Below are positions 37,901-51,100 of a stretch of DNA of 64,000 bases, piece after piece; the first letter of the stretch is position 1; every line of letters begins with the position of its first letter. Source of the stretch: Callorhinchus milii (lineage: Eukaryota); contig NW_024704743.1 of NCBI RefSeq assembly GCF_018977255.1, positions 310,001 through 374,000 of the forward strand, given 5' to 3'. Under the pieces are notes generated by a model. The model searched no databases. It saw only the letters and a list, made by a program, of their open reading frames with translations, and was not told the origin of the DNA. The translations under genes were made by a program, and so were the position numbers.

Positions 37901-40370
37901 TATTCCTGTGTGGGGCTCAGATCCACATCAATGTCTCACATCAATGCAGGAAATGGTCAGTGTTTCAGGAATTGAGTCCAACTTGACACACTGCATTCAC
38001 GAACGAGAGCTTGAACAGAGGTCAGTCAGTCCAGGTGGGCATTAAAGAACACCTGGCACTATCCAAAAAGAGAAGGGAGTTTCCTCCATTGTCCGGGCCG
38101 ACAATCTTCCTTGGCTGCTTGTGGGACTTATCTGTATGCAAAATGACTTGTGTCAACACACTACAGCAGTAACTACCCACAAAACAATTGGGAGTCGTTT
38201 TGGCGAGACATGTTGCTATAAAACCTCAACTTCTTTCTGTTCGTTACCCCGCTCAATTTAGCAGCGTTTTTAAACGGGCTGATCTAAGGGCCTGCTCCCA
38301 GTCAGAACCACTGCTGCTTCAAGACACAGATCATGTTTACAACAATCAAATACCGCAACGAGCGCATCCGCTGATCAATATTTCCTGAAATGAATAAAAA
38401 TAATCTCTGCATTTGATATAGCGCCCTATCGAGATGTCTCAAAGCACTTCATAGGATATCCTGTAAAGTGAATTGACTGTATGTAACAACAAAATTACAT
38501 TTGTATAGCGCCTTTCACGTCAGGAGGACGTCTCAAGACGCTGGATATTTTGCGGGCGAAATGTGGCGGCCGATTATGCACAGCAGTGTCCCACAAGTCG
38601 TGGATTGAGTGACCAAATTATTATTTTTTTTTGTAGGGGGAAGGAATTGTTACCCCGGAAAACCCCAACTAACAACCGGGTTCCAACTTACTGCTAGGTA
38701 AACCGAGGCATGTGGAGTAAAGACCCAGCTCGGGTCTGAAATGCTGTACTCTGTCCAGCGCCTTGGGACGTCCTCCCGACGTGAAAGGCGCTATACAAAT
38801 GTAATCTTGTTGTTGCCTTAGGCATCTCCCTGCCCGGGAATCGAACCCTTGCTTGCGAGGCAAATGCTCTAATTAATGGGACTCCATGGTGGTACGATGC
38901 ACTTAAGGCAATGTGACCCTGCATGAATTAACAACCAATTAGCTTCACATTTTATAGCTCCTTGTCACTTTAATACCCCTCACTGCTTCACAGAAATTGT
39001 GGAGAAGCTGCTGTTTAATGTAACGCGTCTTGAGCTCTGCAAGGTCTCACAAGGTGAACGAGCGGTTTATCTGAAGGTTTAACGGCCAAGGCAGGAGAAA
39101 CTCCTTTTTCTTTTCCAGCAGTGTCACAAGATCTTTAACGTCCACCTCAACAGACAGATGGTTTTACGCCTCATCCAAAGGATGGCACATCAGACAACGT
39201 AAACTGGTTGGAGATGTAGGGAGGTGCCTGGGCACGAAGGGATTTGAAGAGGAGTGTGAGGATCTTGTAATCGATCCATTCGGCGATAGGGAGCCAGTGG
39301 AGAAGAGCTGAAGGCAGTATCTTTCCACCTCACGTTAGATGGGAGTCTGTTTAAAGATGAGAGCCAGCTGCTGACAAGCCTACTATTAGAGGCCTAGCAT
39401 CACGCCGTTCACTGGCTCTTCATTAACCAGCACTGACACACACATCATTAACTGGCTGCCAGTGGGTGAAAGCATGCAATTCAGAACCTGACACTTAGGA
39501 GTGACCACAGCCTAGTGGGATTTTCACATGATCCCTCAGGCTTTAATGGCAAAACGTCACCCACAGAATCAGACATTACAGAATAGGCCATGCAGCCCAA
39601 CGAGCCCACAAATATTGCGGAGCATTTAGACAATCAAGCATCCACTCGTGCAAGCTCCCTCACTGGAGCCACCCACTGCAATTCAAAGTTATTTCTCCAT
39701 ACTGTTTCCCTTCAACTGGCAAACAACTTCAGTTTTAAATAATAATAATCCTTGCATTTGATGCGGCACCTTATCACGACTCTGAGACATCTCAAAGCAC
39801 CTCATAGATTATATCACAAAATGAATTGACTCTATATTTGTGGGCGAAATGCAACAGCTAATTGCATACAGCAGTTTCCCTCAAACAGTCGTGGATTAAG
39901 TGACCAAATCATTTTTTTTTTTGGAGGGGGAAGGAATTGTTACCCCAGAAAAGCGGTCAGCCAATCAACCAACAACTGGGTTCCAACTTACTGCAAGGTA
40001 AACAGAGGCGTGTGAAGTAAGCATACATACCTAACGTTAAATGTGGGATCTTAGCTTCCAGAACTACTTCTGACAAAGCATTTCATATTCCTTAACCATT
40101 TGCATAAAAAGAAATTCTAATCTCCCTCTCACTGTGTTCTCATAAACGAGTTCTCAGTCTTACAGCCTCTTGTTTCTGATTTACAGCTGGAATAACAGGA
40201 TCTAACTGGAGGTTAGTTAGCCGGCGCAACATTAAACAAATGTGATAATTCCTTAAGAAATAAATGATTTTATCCTAAATCTATCGAAAAGTTGTGATGG
40301 CCTAGACACGAAGGGTGCTATATAAATGCACGTTGTTGTTTTATGCAGCGAACGTGTAGATTTCCTTTAC

Positions 40371-40483
40371 CAGGAGCTCGTCCATGCTGGTCTGACATTT
40401 CTCCAGGTTGATGCGTTTGATGGCGACCCGCTCTTTCTTTGGTATGCAGTAGGCGGCCTGAACCACAGCAGTAGCTCCACTCC
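40371..40483 (-). CDS. OXSR1: OXSR1 exon 2 (Gly loop, VAIK), 113 bp
   Basis: ttgcag| [38 protein letters not shown] |gtaaag. Confidence 0.96.
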
Positions 40484-42160
40484 CTGCAACAAAAATACAC
40501 ACAGTCAACCAAAGCCAATTGTTTGGAGAAGCCCCACACGGCCCTGGAGGTCATAGACTGAGGTGCAGACTTCACCGCACAGTCCAGGCCAATGCTCCAA
40601 TGCAGTGCCACAGGAGTGCTGCATTGTCGGAGTTGCCGCCCTTTGAGTGAGAAATTAAACTGAAGTCCCGTCTGCCCGTTCTTCAGCTGCATGATGAAAA
40701 TAATGATAATAATAATCCTTGCATTTGAGACGCCTGAAAGAGCTGCATAGAATATATTGTAAAGTGGATTGACTGTATCTCGTGGGCAAAACGCTGCAAC
40801 CAATTGCATATAGCAGTGTCCTACAGACAGTTGTGGATTGAGTGACCAAATTTTTTTTTTTGGGGGGAAGGGATTATTACCCTCAGAAAACGATCCGACA
40901 CTCGACTAACACTCGGGTTCCTACTTACTGCTAGGTTAGCAGGAGGCATGTGGAGTAATCAAAGTTGCTTAAGCTTTCGCCCTGCCCGGGAATCGCGAGG
41001 CAAGTGCTCTATCCACTACGCTACGGGACTACATTCCCAAATCCCATGAGAGCATTGAAAAAGACTTTCTCCCATGTCCTGACCAACAATACTAAACACA
41101 CAGTCATTAGACTTTACAGTAAATCCTGCAACGATTTGAGATCTCCTCACCGACAAATCCATGCTCTCCCTGGCACCTCCTTATCTCCCTGATCTCCAAC
41201 GTGAAAGGCTCTATATCAAATATAAGGATCATAATAATTCTCCAGATAAAATGGCCCATCACTTAATGGCCAATTGTGGGATCTTGCTTTGAACAATATG
41301 GCTGCAGTCTGCCTGGCAGATAGTGTGACTAGTTGCCGGGCACCGGCTGGTGAGTGGAGATTTGCAGGAGTCACGGCCATCAGTGGGTTCAGACTCATAG
41401 ATGCCATTTCAAAATCTCCCGTCTGAACCAACAGCCGTGACGCCAGTTTCGAATGAATGGAATCAGGTTCAGTATAGCCTTTATTATTATCTCCTCCCTT
41501 CCTCTCTCTTTTCCCCGCGAGCCGCTGCGTTATCCTCCAGGTTGTGCAACCTGGTAAATAACACAACGAGCATCCTGCCCTCTCCCCCACCCTCTGCGGT
41601 GTCTCCTCTAGCACCCACAGTCTGCGTGCCTGTGGCTGATTATGCCCCACTTAACCGCTTTGCAGTCGAAGAGGAGGGCCTTGAGATGCGCCGTGAAGGG
41701 GGCAAAGGGGACGAGGCTAAGGGAATGTGGGGTGGAGTTCCAAAGGCTGAAAGCTCGACGGCCAATGGTGGGGCAGGCCGGCGCTTTACATAATAATCAT
41801 TATATAATATATAATTGATATAATATAAGTCTCTGTTTACCCAGCCTGAAGGAGGAACCCGGTTGTCAGCCAATAAGGCGCTATGTCAAATGCAAGAACT
41901 AGTATTATATAACAATCCTGAGCTCTTTTAGTTTTGAAAATTTACAGCTCAAAGGAGACTTTACGAAGGTACTGTATATATATTTTAAATGGAATTTAAA
42001 ATGGAATTTAAAATACAATTCTTAACAAAGAGGGTAATTAACAATTTTCAACGGCAAGCTATGCAGGTTTAGCTGGTTAGCCTCCAGCAGTTACCCTCTG
42101 GGGTTTCCATGCCTTGGCTCTTGCCAACCCGCGCCAAATACTCTCTGGAATTAGGTAAGC

Positions 42161-42199
<39 letters not shown>

Positions 42200-45100
42200 C
42201 AACCATCTATCTCTGGGATCTCCATGTGTAGGTGGGATGTATGGAATTCTCAGCTTGGTTTGGATACTCTTAGCATGGCTGATGTTTCTGCATGCGTTAA
42301 GACACCCAGCTGACCAAAAAAAAGACTGGAACGAGTTCGAAAAAGGGTGCTTGATGGCAGGACGTACTCATTTATTTAAAAAAAAGCTCGATGAGGGGAC
42401 ACGAGGGTGAGATTAAATGAGTTGAGGGGAGTCCCCTTCATTCAAACCGCTCTTGAAATTGAATGGAGGATTGCTGGCCAGGACTTTGGGACAAATTCTT
42501 TTCAAATAGTGCCCGAAGTTCGCTAACCCAAACAGGTAGAAAAGTCCACCCAGTGGACAATATCTCAAGTACTACTGCATTGAACTGTGAGCTCAGAGTC
42601 CTGTTGTGAAACCATAACTTTGATCCAGAGGTGAGAGTGCTATCAACTGAGCCAAGCTAAAGCATTTTGAGATGTTAGCCACGCTAAGGCGCTATATAAA
42701 AAAATATAAGCTCTTCCTTTACAAGTGCAAGTAGTTATTCCAGTGTCAGCTTTCAGAGGCAAACACTGGAGCTCTCGGGACTGTGCTGAAGTCACCCATT
42801 CTAATGATGGTACATCCAGGTTTTTCCGTGGTCAATTATTTACTGGCAGATGAAAGGATCAATCTCAACAGCTAAGTGATCTAAAGTATTCGTTCACCTC
42901 ACCACAGATATCGGCCACACAGGATCAAGAGGCCATTCAGCCCATTAAGCTTGTTCTGTAAATTTAGCACTCCGAGCGAAAGATTATAGCAGAACACGTG
43001 GCTGCTTTTGCTCTTGTACTTAAGACTTTAAAACCCATTAAAAACCTTCTCAGAAAACGTGGGGACTATTTATAGGAATAATATAGCAAAGCAAAAACGA
43101 CAATTTATAATAATTCTCGCATTTGTCATTGTGCCTTTCACAACAGGAGGACGTCTCAAAGCACTTCACAGGATTTACTATAAAGTGTAGTGACTGTGCA
43201 CCTCGTGGGCAAATGCAGCAATGTCCCACAAAAAGCCATGAAGTGAATGACCGATTTTATTTGGAGAATTGTTGGCCAGGAGAAACTCCCATCTGTTTTC
43301 AAATAGCGGCATGGGATCTTCAAAGGTCAATGTCTCATTCAAAGCACCGCACCTCCAGTAAAGAAGCAGTGCCCAACACCATACTGGTACGTCTTTCCAG
43401 ACTGCGTCCCAGGTCTCAATGTGGGGCTTCAACCCACAACATTCTGACTCAGAGGTGAGAGTGACTGCATTTATGTAGCGTCCTTCACATAAAATACAGT
43501 CTTAATAATAATAATCCTTGCATTTGATATAGCCCTTTATCACGTTGTTGAGCTGTCTCAAAGCGCTTCACAGGAGATACTGTCCAAGTGGGGTGACTGT
43601 GTATTTTGTGGGCAAAGCGCGTAAGGCAAAGCACTGTGCTTTACAGCGGTGAGAATGGATTGCGAGCAGTGGGAGAAGCGACCCTAGGCGCGGTCGAAGC
43701 GGTCATTTTTAAAGTACGACCTGAAGAGTAATCAAAGCTGCTTGTGGGGTGAGGAGGAGGATCCACAAACAGCCTTGAAGTAAATGACAATTTTAGCCTG
43801 AGTACTATTGGTCCTGACACCGGGAGAAGCCACTCTTTCCAAATGGCATGACGGGATCGTTGACGTTTATCTGAACAGGCAGACGGGCCTTCGGTTTATC
43901 CGGAGCGCAGGAGCAGCACTGACAATGCAGCTATCTGTAGATTAGCCGCTGCGTTCATCTACACAACGGTGCTGTGAGCCCGCCTTTCAGGGGAACTCGT
44001 CGTCTGAGGCGGTTTTGATGCAACAAGGAGCTGTACGAAACGGCAATTTAAAACAAAAGCGACCTCTCAGCATGCAGGAATGCAAACCGGGAGATTATAA
44101 AAAAACGGGAATCAGTTGTCAGTTCCCAATGAGATGCAGCAGAAGTAAAGGCACAAGTCAAAGCCGTGCAAACACTGCCATCGCTGAAGCCAGGAAGAGC
44201 CTTCTCAATGGTAGAGGCTGATAGACGCCAAATTCAGGTCCTTTTTTTCCCCCCCACACTGGAAAGAAGGATGACAACAATAATAATCCTTGCATTTGAT
44301 ATTGCGCCTTATGACGACATTGAGACATCTCAAACTCTTCACAGAATATGCTGTATACTGCCGTTGAGTCGTCTCAAATGCTTCACAGAATATATCACAC
44401 CGTGAATTGACTGTGTATTTCGTGGGCGAAACGCGGCAGCCAATTGCGCACAGCAGTGTACAAACAGTCATGGATTGAGTGACCAGATTATTATTATTAT
44501 TTGGGGGCAAGTGATTGTTATCCCGGGAAAAGCAATCTGTCAATCAACTAACAACAACAACAAGACATTTACACAGCGCCTTTCACATCAGGAGGACGTC
44601 CCAAGGCGCTGGACAGACAGAGTTACAGACCCGATCTGTTGGAGGGTGGAAGGCAGGGGGAGAAGCAGGGATAACGATCCTGGCCAACGATTTTTAAGGG
44701 ATCATTGCCCCCAGAAAATCGATCCGCCAATCGTCTAACAACCGGGTTCCTATTTCCTGCTTAATAAACAGAGGTATGTGGAGTGAGGTGACTTGCCTAA
44801 GGTTCCCAGGAATGCATGCGAGGTGAGCGCTCTAACCAATGCTCAACAGGACACCACAATAAGGTTATTTCACTGCACATGAGAAGCAACGCAGGTTTCC
44901 AAGGTTATTCTTGTGATAGAATTTTTACTCGTTGTCGAGCTAGCCACGAGGGCGTAAACTTAAGACTGTCACAAAAAGAAATTACAGGGGAGGTTAGAAA
45001 AGATTTCTTTTCCACGGAGGGCGGTGGGAATGTGGGATTCTCTGCCACAAACCATTGCTGAGGTAAATAATCTTTTTAAAGGTGGATTAGACAGTATGTT

Positions 45101-48100
45101 TGAAAATCTGAAGGATTTGGGGAGCGAACAAGGCAGTGTGATTAAACTAGACGAGATCTAGATAGCATTCACCCACAAAAGACACAGTCACTACACCTTT
45201 ACAGTATATAGAAACAGGAGTAGGCCATTCAGCCCCTCAAGCCTGTTCCATCATTCTAGAAGATCCACGGCTGATCTTTACCTTAACTCTAATTACCCAC
45301 CCTTGCCCTGTATCCCTTGCGAAGCACTTGGAGCCGTCCTCACGATGCGAGAGGAGCGGTATCAAATGTAAGATCAATCATCACCACGAGAAAGAAAACA
45401 CCACTGCTGGCTGAACGGCCGGTTTCTTTGCAGGAGTACTCTAGGATCCCACTCATAGCCGTGCACGGCGATGAACAAGATTAGAGGGGCGTATCACATC
45501 CAATCGAGCGGACATACTGCAGAAGAGCCAGCACCATTTCATTAAAGAATGGCAGCTGCTGCCGTGACTTGGCCAGACTCCAACAATCATCATGAACGAA
45601 GGGGTATTCACAGCAGCTCCAGCATTTAGCCCTGAAATTAAAATCTCGCTTTTCAATAGCCCTTCACCTCACATGCCACCCACTAACACAGCCTCTTTAC
45701 CTCCAGGCTTTACTGGCAAACAGCTGGTTCTAAATTTTAATTGATAAAGCTTCGTATTTTGCAGCACCATACGACGAAGCATCTGAAAATACTTTTTCAG
45801 TTGGTAAAATGGTAGCCATTTTGCATACAGAAAGCTTTCCTCTTCGAAATAACAGCAAATTACATTTGTATAGCGCCTTTCACATCGGGCGGATGTCCCA
45901 AAGCGCTGGGCAGTCAAGGAAGTGCACCCGAGCTGGGGTTTGGAATCGGGAAGGGTGGAGGGGCAGGGGTGGATACACACGGTCAAACACCCTTAATAAT
46001 TAATTTTTCTGGAGGACTGTTGGCCAGGTTGTCAGGAGACACACCCATGTGGTTTCCAATAGCTAGGAGGAACCTTTAACGGCCACCTGAATGTGTAACC
46101 AGGACCTTGGGTTACAGTTTAACCCAACGGTCGGTCCTTCTGACAATGCCGCACCCCCAGCATTGCACTGAAGTGTCATCGCAAGCATGAGCTCAAGTTC
46201 TCGATTTGGGGCTGGAAGCTGAGGACGCTTTAGGGGAAAAAAAATAATATGGTCACTTAATCCATGACTGGTGTGTGCAATTGGCTGCCGCGTTTCGCCC
46301 ACAAGGTAAACAGTCAATTATTCATTTACTGTATATTCTGTGAAGCGCTTTGAGACACCACAAAAACGTGATCAGGCGCAATATCAAGTGCAAGGATTAT
46401 TATATTATTATTACTATTATAGTCACAGAGAGTGCTACCGGCTGAGCAAAACTAACAACCACTTCCCACTTTCAAAAGGCCTCAAATTAGAAAGTAACCA
46501 GCCATTAACACCCACCTTGCTCAAGGTCCCCATAAAAATAAAGACCAACGTTTCATCAAACACATCCTCTCTCATCTGATCTGATTTTAATGGCCTATTC
46601 AACTCAGTGGAGAAAGGCACTTCCTGATCTTACAACGTTTCAGCGAGTGGCTTTGTCAGAGTTCTGTGGAAGCTGAACAATGCAGTGATTTCTCTGGGGG
46701 TCAACCTCAGAATCCTGGAACATTCCTCGGGGCTTTGTGCAAAGCGAGAGACAATTCGCGTAGACTTTAATTACTTTCGAAGGACTTCACATGAACCCAT
46801 AAAGGAGCTGCGTCAAGTATTTTACTGCGGAACGTGCTTTGGTGGGGAATGAAAGACGGGCCTTTGCCATCAAAAAAAAAACAAGGGAGTCTGGCAGCTC
46901 AGAGAGGTGTGCGGAGAATGTCATAGCAACAGACAAGTCTGAGCTCTGCTCCCTACCCACGGCACGTGACTGAACTGCTGAATGCTCTCACTCCACACTG
47001 CAGGCTTTCAGTCTGCCGTTCTGAATACTGCTGCTGCGCATTCCTCACACGGGGCTTTCTTGGCTGTGCCGGCAAGACAGAAATGTTACCTATGTGCCAT
47101 GAATAAAAAAAAAATCAATATGTCCACTGTTCTGAGGCTACAAAATGTCAGCCACATTCCTGTTGGCATCCGCCTAGAAAAAGTACACCAGAAATTAATT
47201 TTGTACCTTCACAGATTAATAATAATCATATTATTTGATTACTCAATCCACGACTGTTTGTGGGACACTGCTGTGTGCAATTGGCTGCCGGGTTTTGTTC
47301 AAAAATATAGTCTTAAGGAATAACAGTCACTGACCAGCAGCCCTCCGTGTCGGTCTCTAGACTGTTTCCTGAGCCAAGCGAATTCATAGTACTTCAGGAT
47401 ATTGGTGATGACAGCACAGCCAACCTCATCAGCCGGTCTTGGAAGAGCAATCACTGGAGGCAGGAAATCATCTCACCCAGCTCCCGTTAACCCAGCAAGC
47501 CAAAGCCCTAATGGGAAGGGTGGTCCTAGCTGGACAAACAGTGGGAATGCTTACCAGACGGCGATATCAATGGCAAGCTTTGTGGGGTTAAATGAGACAA
47601 TAATAATAATCCTTGAATTTGATACGGCGCCTATTACGTCTTTGAGACGTCTCAAAGCGCTTCACAGAATATACTGTAAAGCGAATTATTTATATTTTGT
47701 GGGCGAAACACGGCAGCCAATTGTGCACAGCTGCGTCCCCACAAACAGTCATGGATTGAGTGACCAAATTTGTTTAAAGAAATCATTACCACCAGAAAAT
47801 CGATCCACCAATCGCCTAACAACCGGGTTCCTACTTATTGCTAGGTAAACAGAGGTGTGTGGAGTAAGGAAACTTGCCCAATGTTTTGCCCTGCCCGGGA
47901 ATTGAACCCAGGTCCTCTCGCTTGTGAGGAGAGTGCTCTAAACACTGAGCTACAGGACTCCACAATGCCTATTACAGTACCCTCGATTAAGTTCTCGGTG
48001 GTTCATTCCTAAAATGGAGTTCGGCTATCAGCTCTTAAGAAAAACAGCCACTGTCCAGCAGTAACAGCTCACCTAGATTAAAGCAAGGCTTTCCCTCCCC

Positions 48101-51100
48101 TTCCAAAATGAACCATCAGTTGAATGCCATTAGTACACATGGTGTCAAGCTTGGCTCAGTTGGCAGCACGCTTATTTCTACAACACTTCCTTTTGATATC
48201 GCACCTCAAAGCACTTCACAAGTTCATTTTAAACTCTGAAGTGTAGTTAGTCACTGTTGTGTTTGTAGGTCAGTGTAGAACATTCAACCGTAAAACAGGA
48301 TGCACAAAGAAATGGTTCACAGAAATAGGAGGAGGCCATTTAGCAGTCAAGCTTGCTCCACCAGTTCACTAATCAGGACAGATCTTTTTAGTTGATTTTT
48401 CCTCCATACAGAAAAGACACTAGCTGAAGAGTTCTGAATAATCTACAGCTTGTGGAGGGAAGATTGGGAATTCTGGCGAGTACGGAGTCAGCGTAGTCAA
48501 GCCTGGACGTAATGAAGGCATGGATGACAGTCTTGGCTGCCTGAGGGGAAAGATAGTGGCGGAGGCTATTGCAGAGGTGGGGGAAGGTTTCATAAGTGTC
48601 TTTAGGTGGAGAGTGCACCCATGAATAATGATGCTATCAGCGCCTGAGGTGAGAAGGCGCTGATGGGAACCAAGCTGATGGGATGGCGACGTTCAACTGG
48701 CTCTCATCCAGGACTTGAGTCTCATACACCCCTCGAATGCGGAATTCAATGCAACAGATGAAATAGACTTGGCACAGTCTTACAAAAGGGAGGGAACAAC
48801 TGTAATGGAAACCTGGTTTAAACATTCCTGAACATTACAAGCATTTTGTTTCACTAAAGAAGTTCTCAAGGGTCAATGGCTACAGGCTGCTCCCAGGTGA
48901 GTTGCCAGTACCTGCAGGTTCCCACACGGGCGTAGTTAGGTGGAGGGGGTGGTGGTGGGTTGAGGGGAGGATGGAGTGCTGGAAGAGGAAAAATACTCAA
49001 CTGAAGAGTATCAATAACCCTAAATGTAATCCTAGAATCCTACAGCACAGAAGAAGGCCATTTGGCCCATTGTGTCTGTGTCGGCTCTTTCAAAATTAGT
49101 CCCACTCACCCGCTTTTCTTTCCCCATAACCTTGCGAGCTCCCATTTGAGTTATTATTGAATCTGCTTCCAGCACCTCTTTCAGGCAGTAATAACTCAAA
49201 TTCAACAACTATGTGCACTAGGAGCAAGGATTCATCAGGTTGGAAGGGTCCTCAAGACACAAGATTCAAGCCCCACATGCTCTAGGCTCATACTCCAATT
49301 CACTCCTTGGAGAGCAGTGCATTGAAAGAGAATGAGGAGGGCAAATGAGAAATCTTGTCTTGAGATGAAGGGAGGGAGCAGTGGGAGATGGTCTCATTTA
49401 CAGCCAAGCATATCGGAAATGGGTCATCTTAAACTACACAGTAGAAATCAGTATTTCACGCGCTCCTATTACATGTCCCTTGAGTATGTAGAATCGTTAA
49501 TAAAAGGATGCAACTTTTATTAAGCTGCATTACACCACTCTTGTCATATGAAGCCAAGCTGGGAGAATTGAGATGGAATTTCTTCACTCAAAGCTTGCTT
49601 GTTCTTCACTCATAGGCTTGCTGTTAATAGATTTATTCCCACTAGACTACAGGACTACATAAGAAGTCCTGAAGCATATTGGTTAGACCACTTGCCTCGC
49701 AAGCAAGATGAGGCGGGTTAGATTCCCAGGCAGGGAGAAACCTTAACGCAAATTTCCTTACTTCATGCACCTCTGTTTACCAAGCAATAAGTAGGAATCT
49801 AATGTTAGTCAATTGGCGGATCGCTTTCTGGGGGTAATATTCCCTGAAAAAATAATAATGATAATTCTGGGAGCTCAATCCACGACTGTTGTGGGACATT
49901 ACTGTGCACAATTGGCCGGTGCGTTTCGCCCACAAAATACACAGTCAATTCACTTTGCAGTACATTCTGTGAAGCGCGCTTTGAGAAGTCTCAACAACGT
50001 GATAAGGCGATAGATCGAATGCAAGGATGGTTGGCCAAGACACAAAGAGAAACGCCCTTCTCTCTTCAAATAGTGCCATGCCATATTTAACATCCATCTG
50101 AACAGAGAATCGGACCAACTGCGCCCGGCTAACACATGTTCTAAAAGTCACATGAAAAAGCCTTCGTAATGACTGATGAAATCACAAGGCTCATATGCAG
50201 CAGTAGAATCCACTGCAGGCGTGATGTCTGCTCGACAGAATTGACTTGATCAAAACCCAAACACATAGCCAGTTATAGAGTCATGAATATTTCCAAGAGC
50301 CAGCTGACTGAATCACTCCTACGAAGAGCTGGATAAATTAACCGCTTCTTTTACGTGACAGTTCGGATGAAAAACATTCTTTCTAGCCATCACCTGTGGA
50401 TCACCACTCAATCCTCTCACAGTTGTCAGGTCACAACCGCTGATCACTCAGTAACAATTTCAGATACCAACAGGCAAATCAATCTGTCCAGCTACTCATC
50501 CAATTCCCCACAAGTTTCCTTCCACGCATCTCTTTCAAAATCTAATAACAATCCCTAATCTGTAATAATCTAATTAATCTCTAAATGTAATAATTTCACA
50601 TATTTGCCTACTGTTACACAGCCACTACACTTTGCAGAAAAATCCTGTGAAGTTCTTAGAGACGTATCAATGACGCAATAATAAAAAATAATCCTTGCAT
50701 TTGATATAGCGCTTTTCACATCTTCTAGACGACTCAAAGCGCTTCACAGAATATACTGTAACCTGAATTGACTATTTGTGGACGAAATGCGGCAGACAAT
50801 TGCATACAGCAGCATCCCACAAACAGTCGTGGATTGAGTGACCAAATCGTTATTTTATTTTTTTTCTTGAGAGATAATTATCAGGAGCGTAGAATAAGAA
50901 AACTTGACCAAGGTTTCGCCCTGCCGGGAATCGAACACAGGTCTTTTGCTTGCAAGGCGAGCGCTCTAACCACTAAGCTAACCAATTCCACGACACGATA
51001 GCAGAATTCCAAATACGGTAAACTGCTATATCAAAAGCAAGGATGATTTGCACTTGCTGAAATCACAAGGCACATATTGGCCAGTGGAATCCACAGGCAA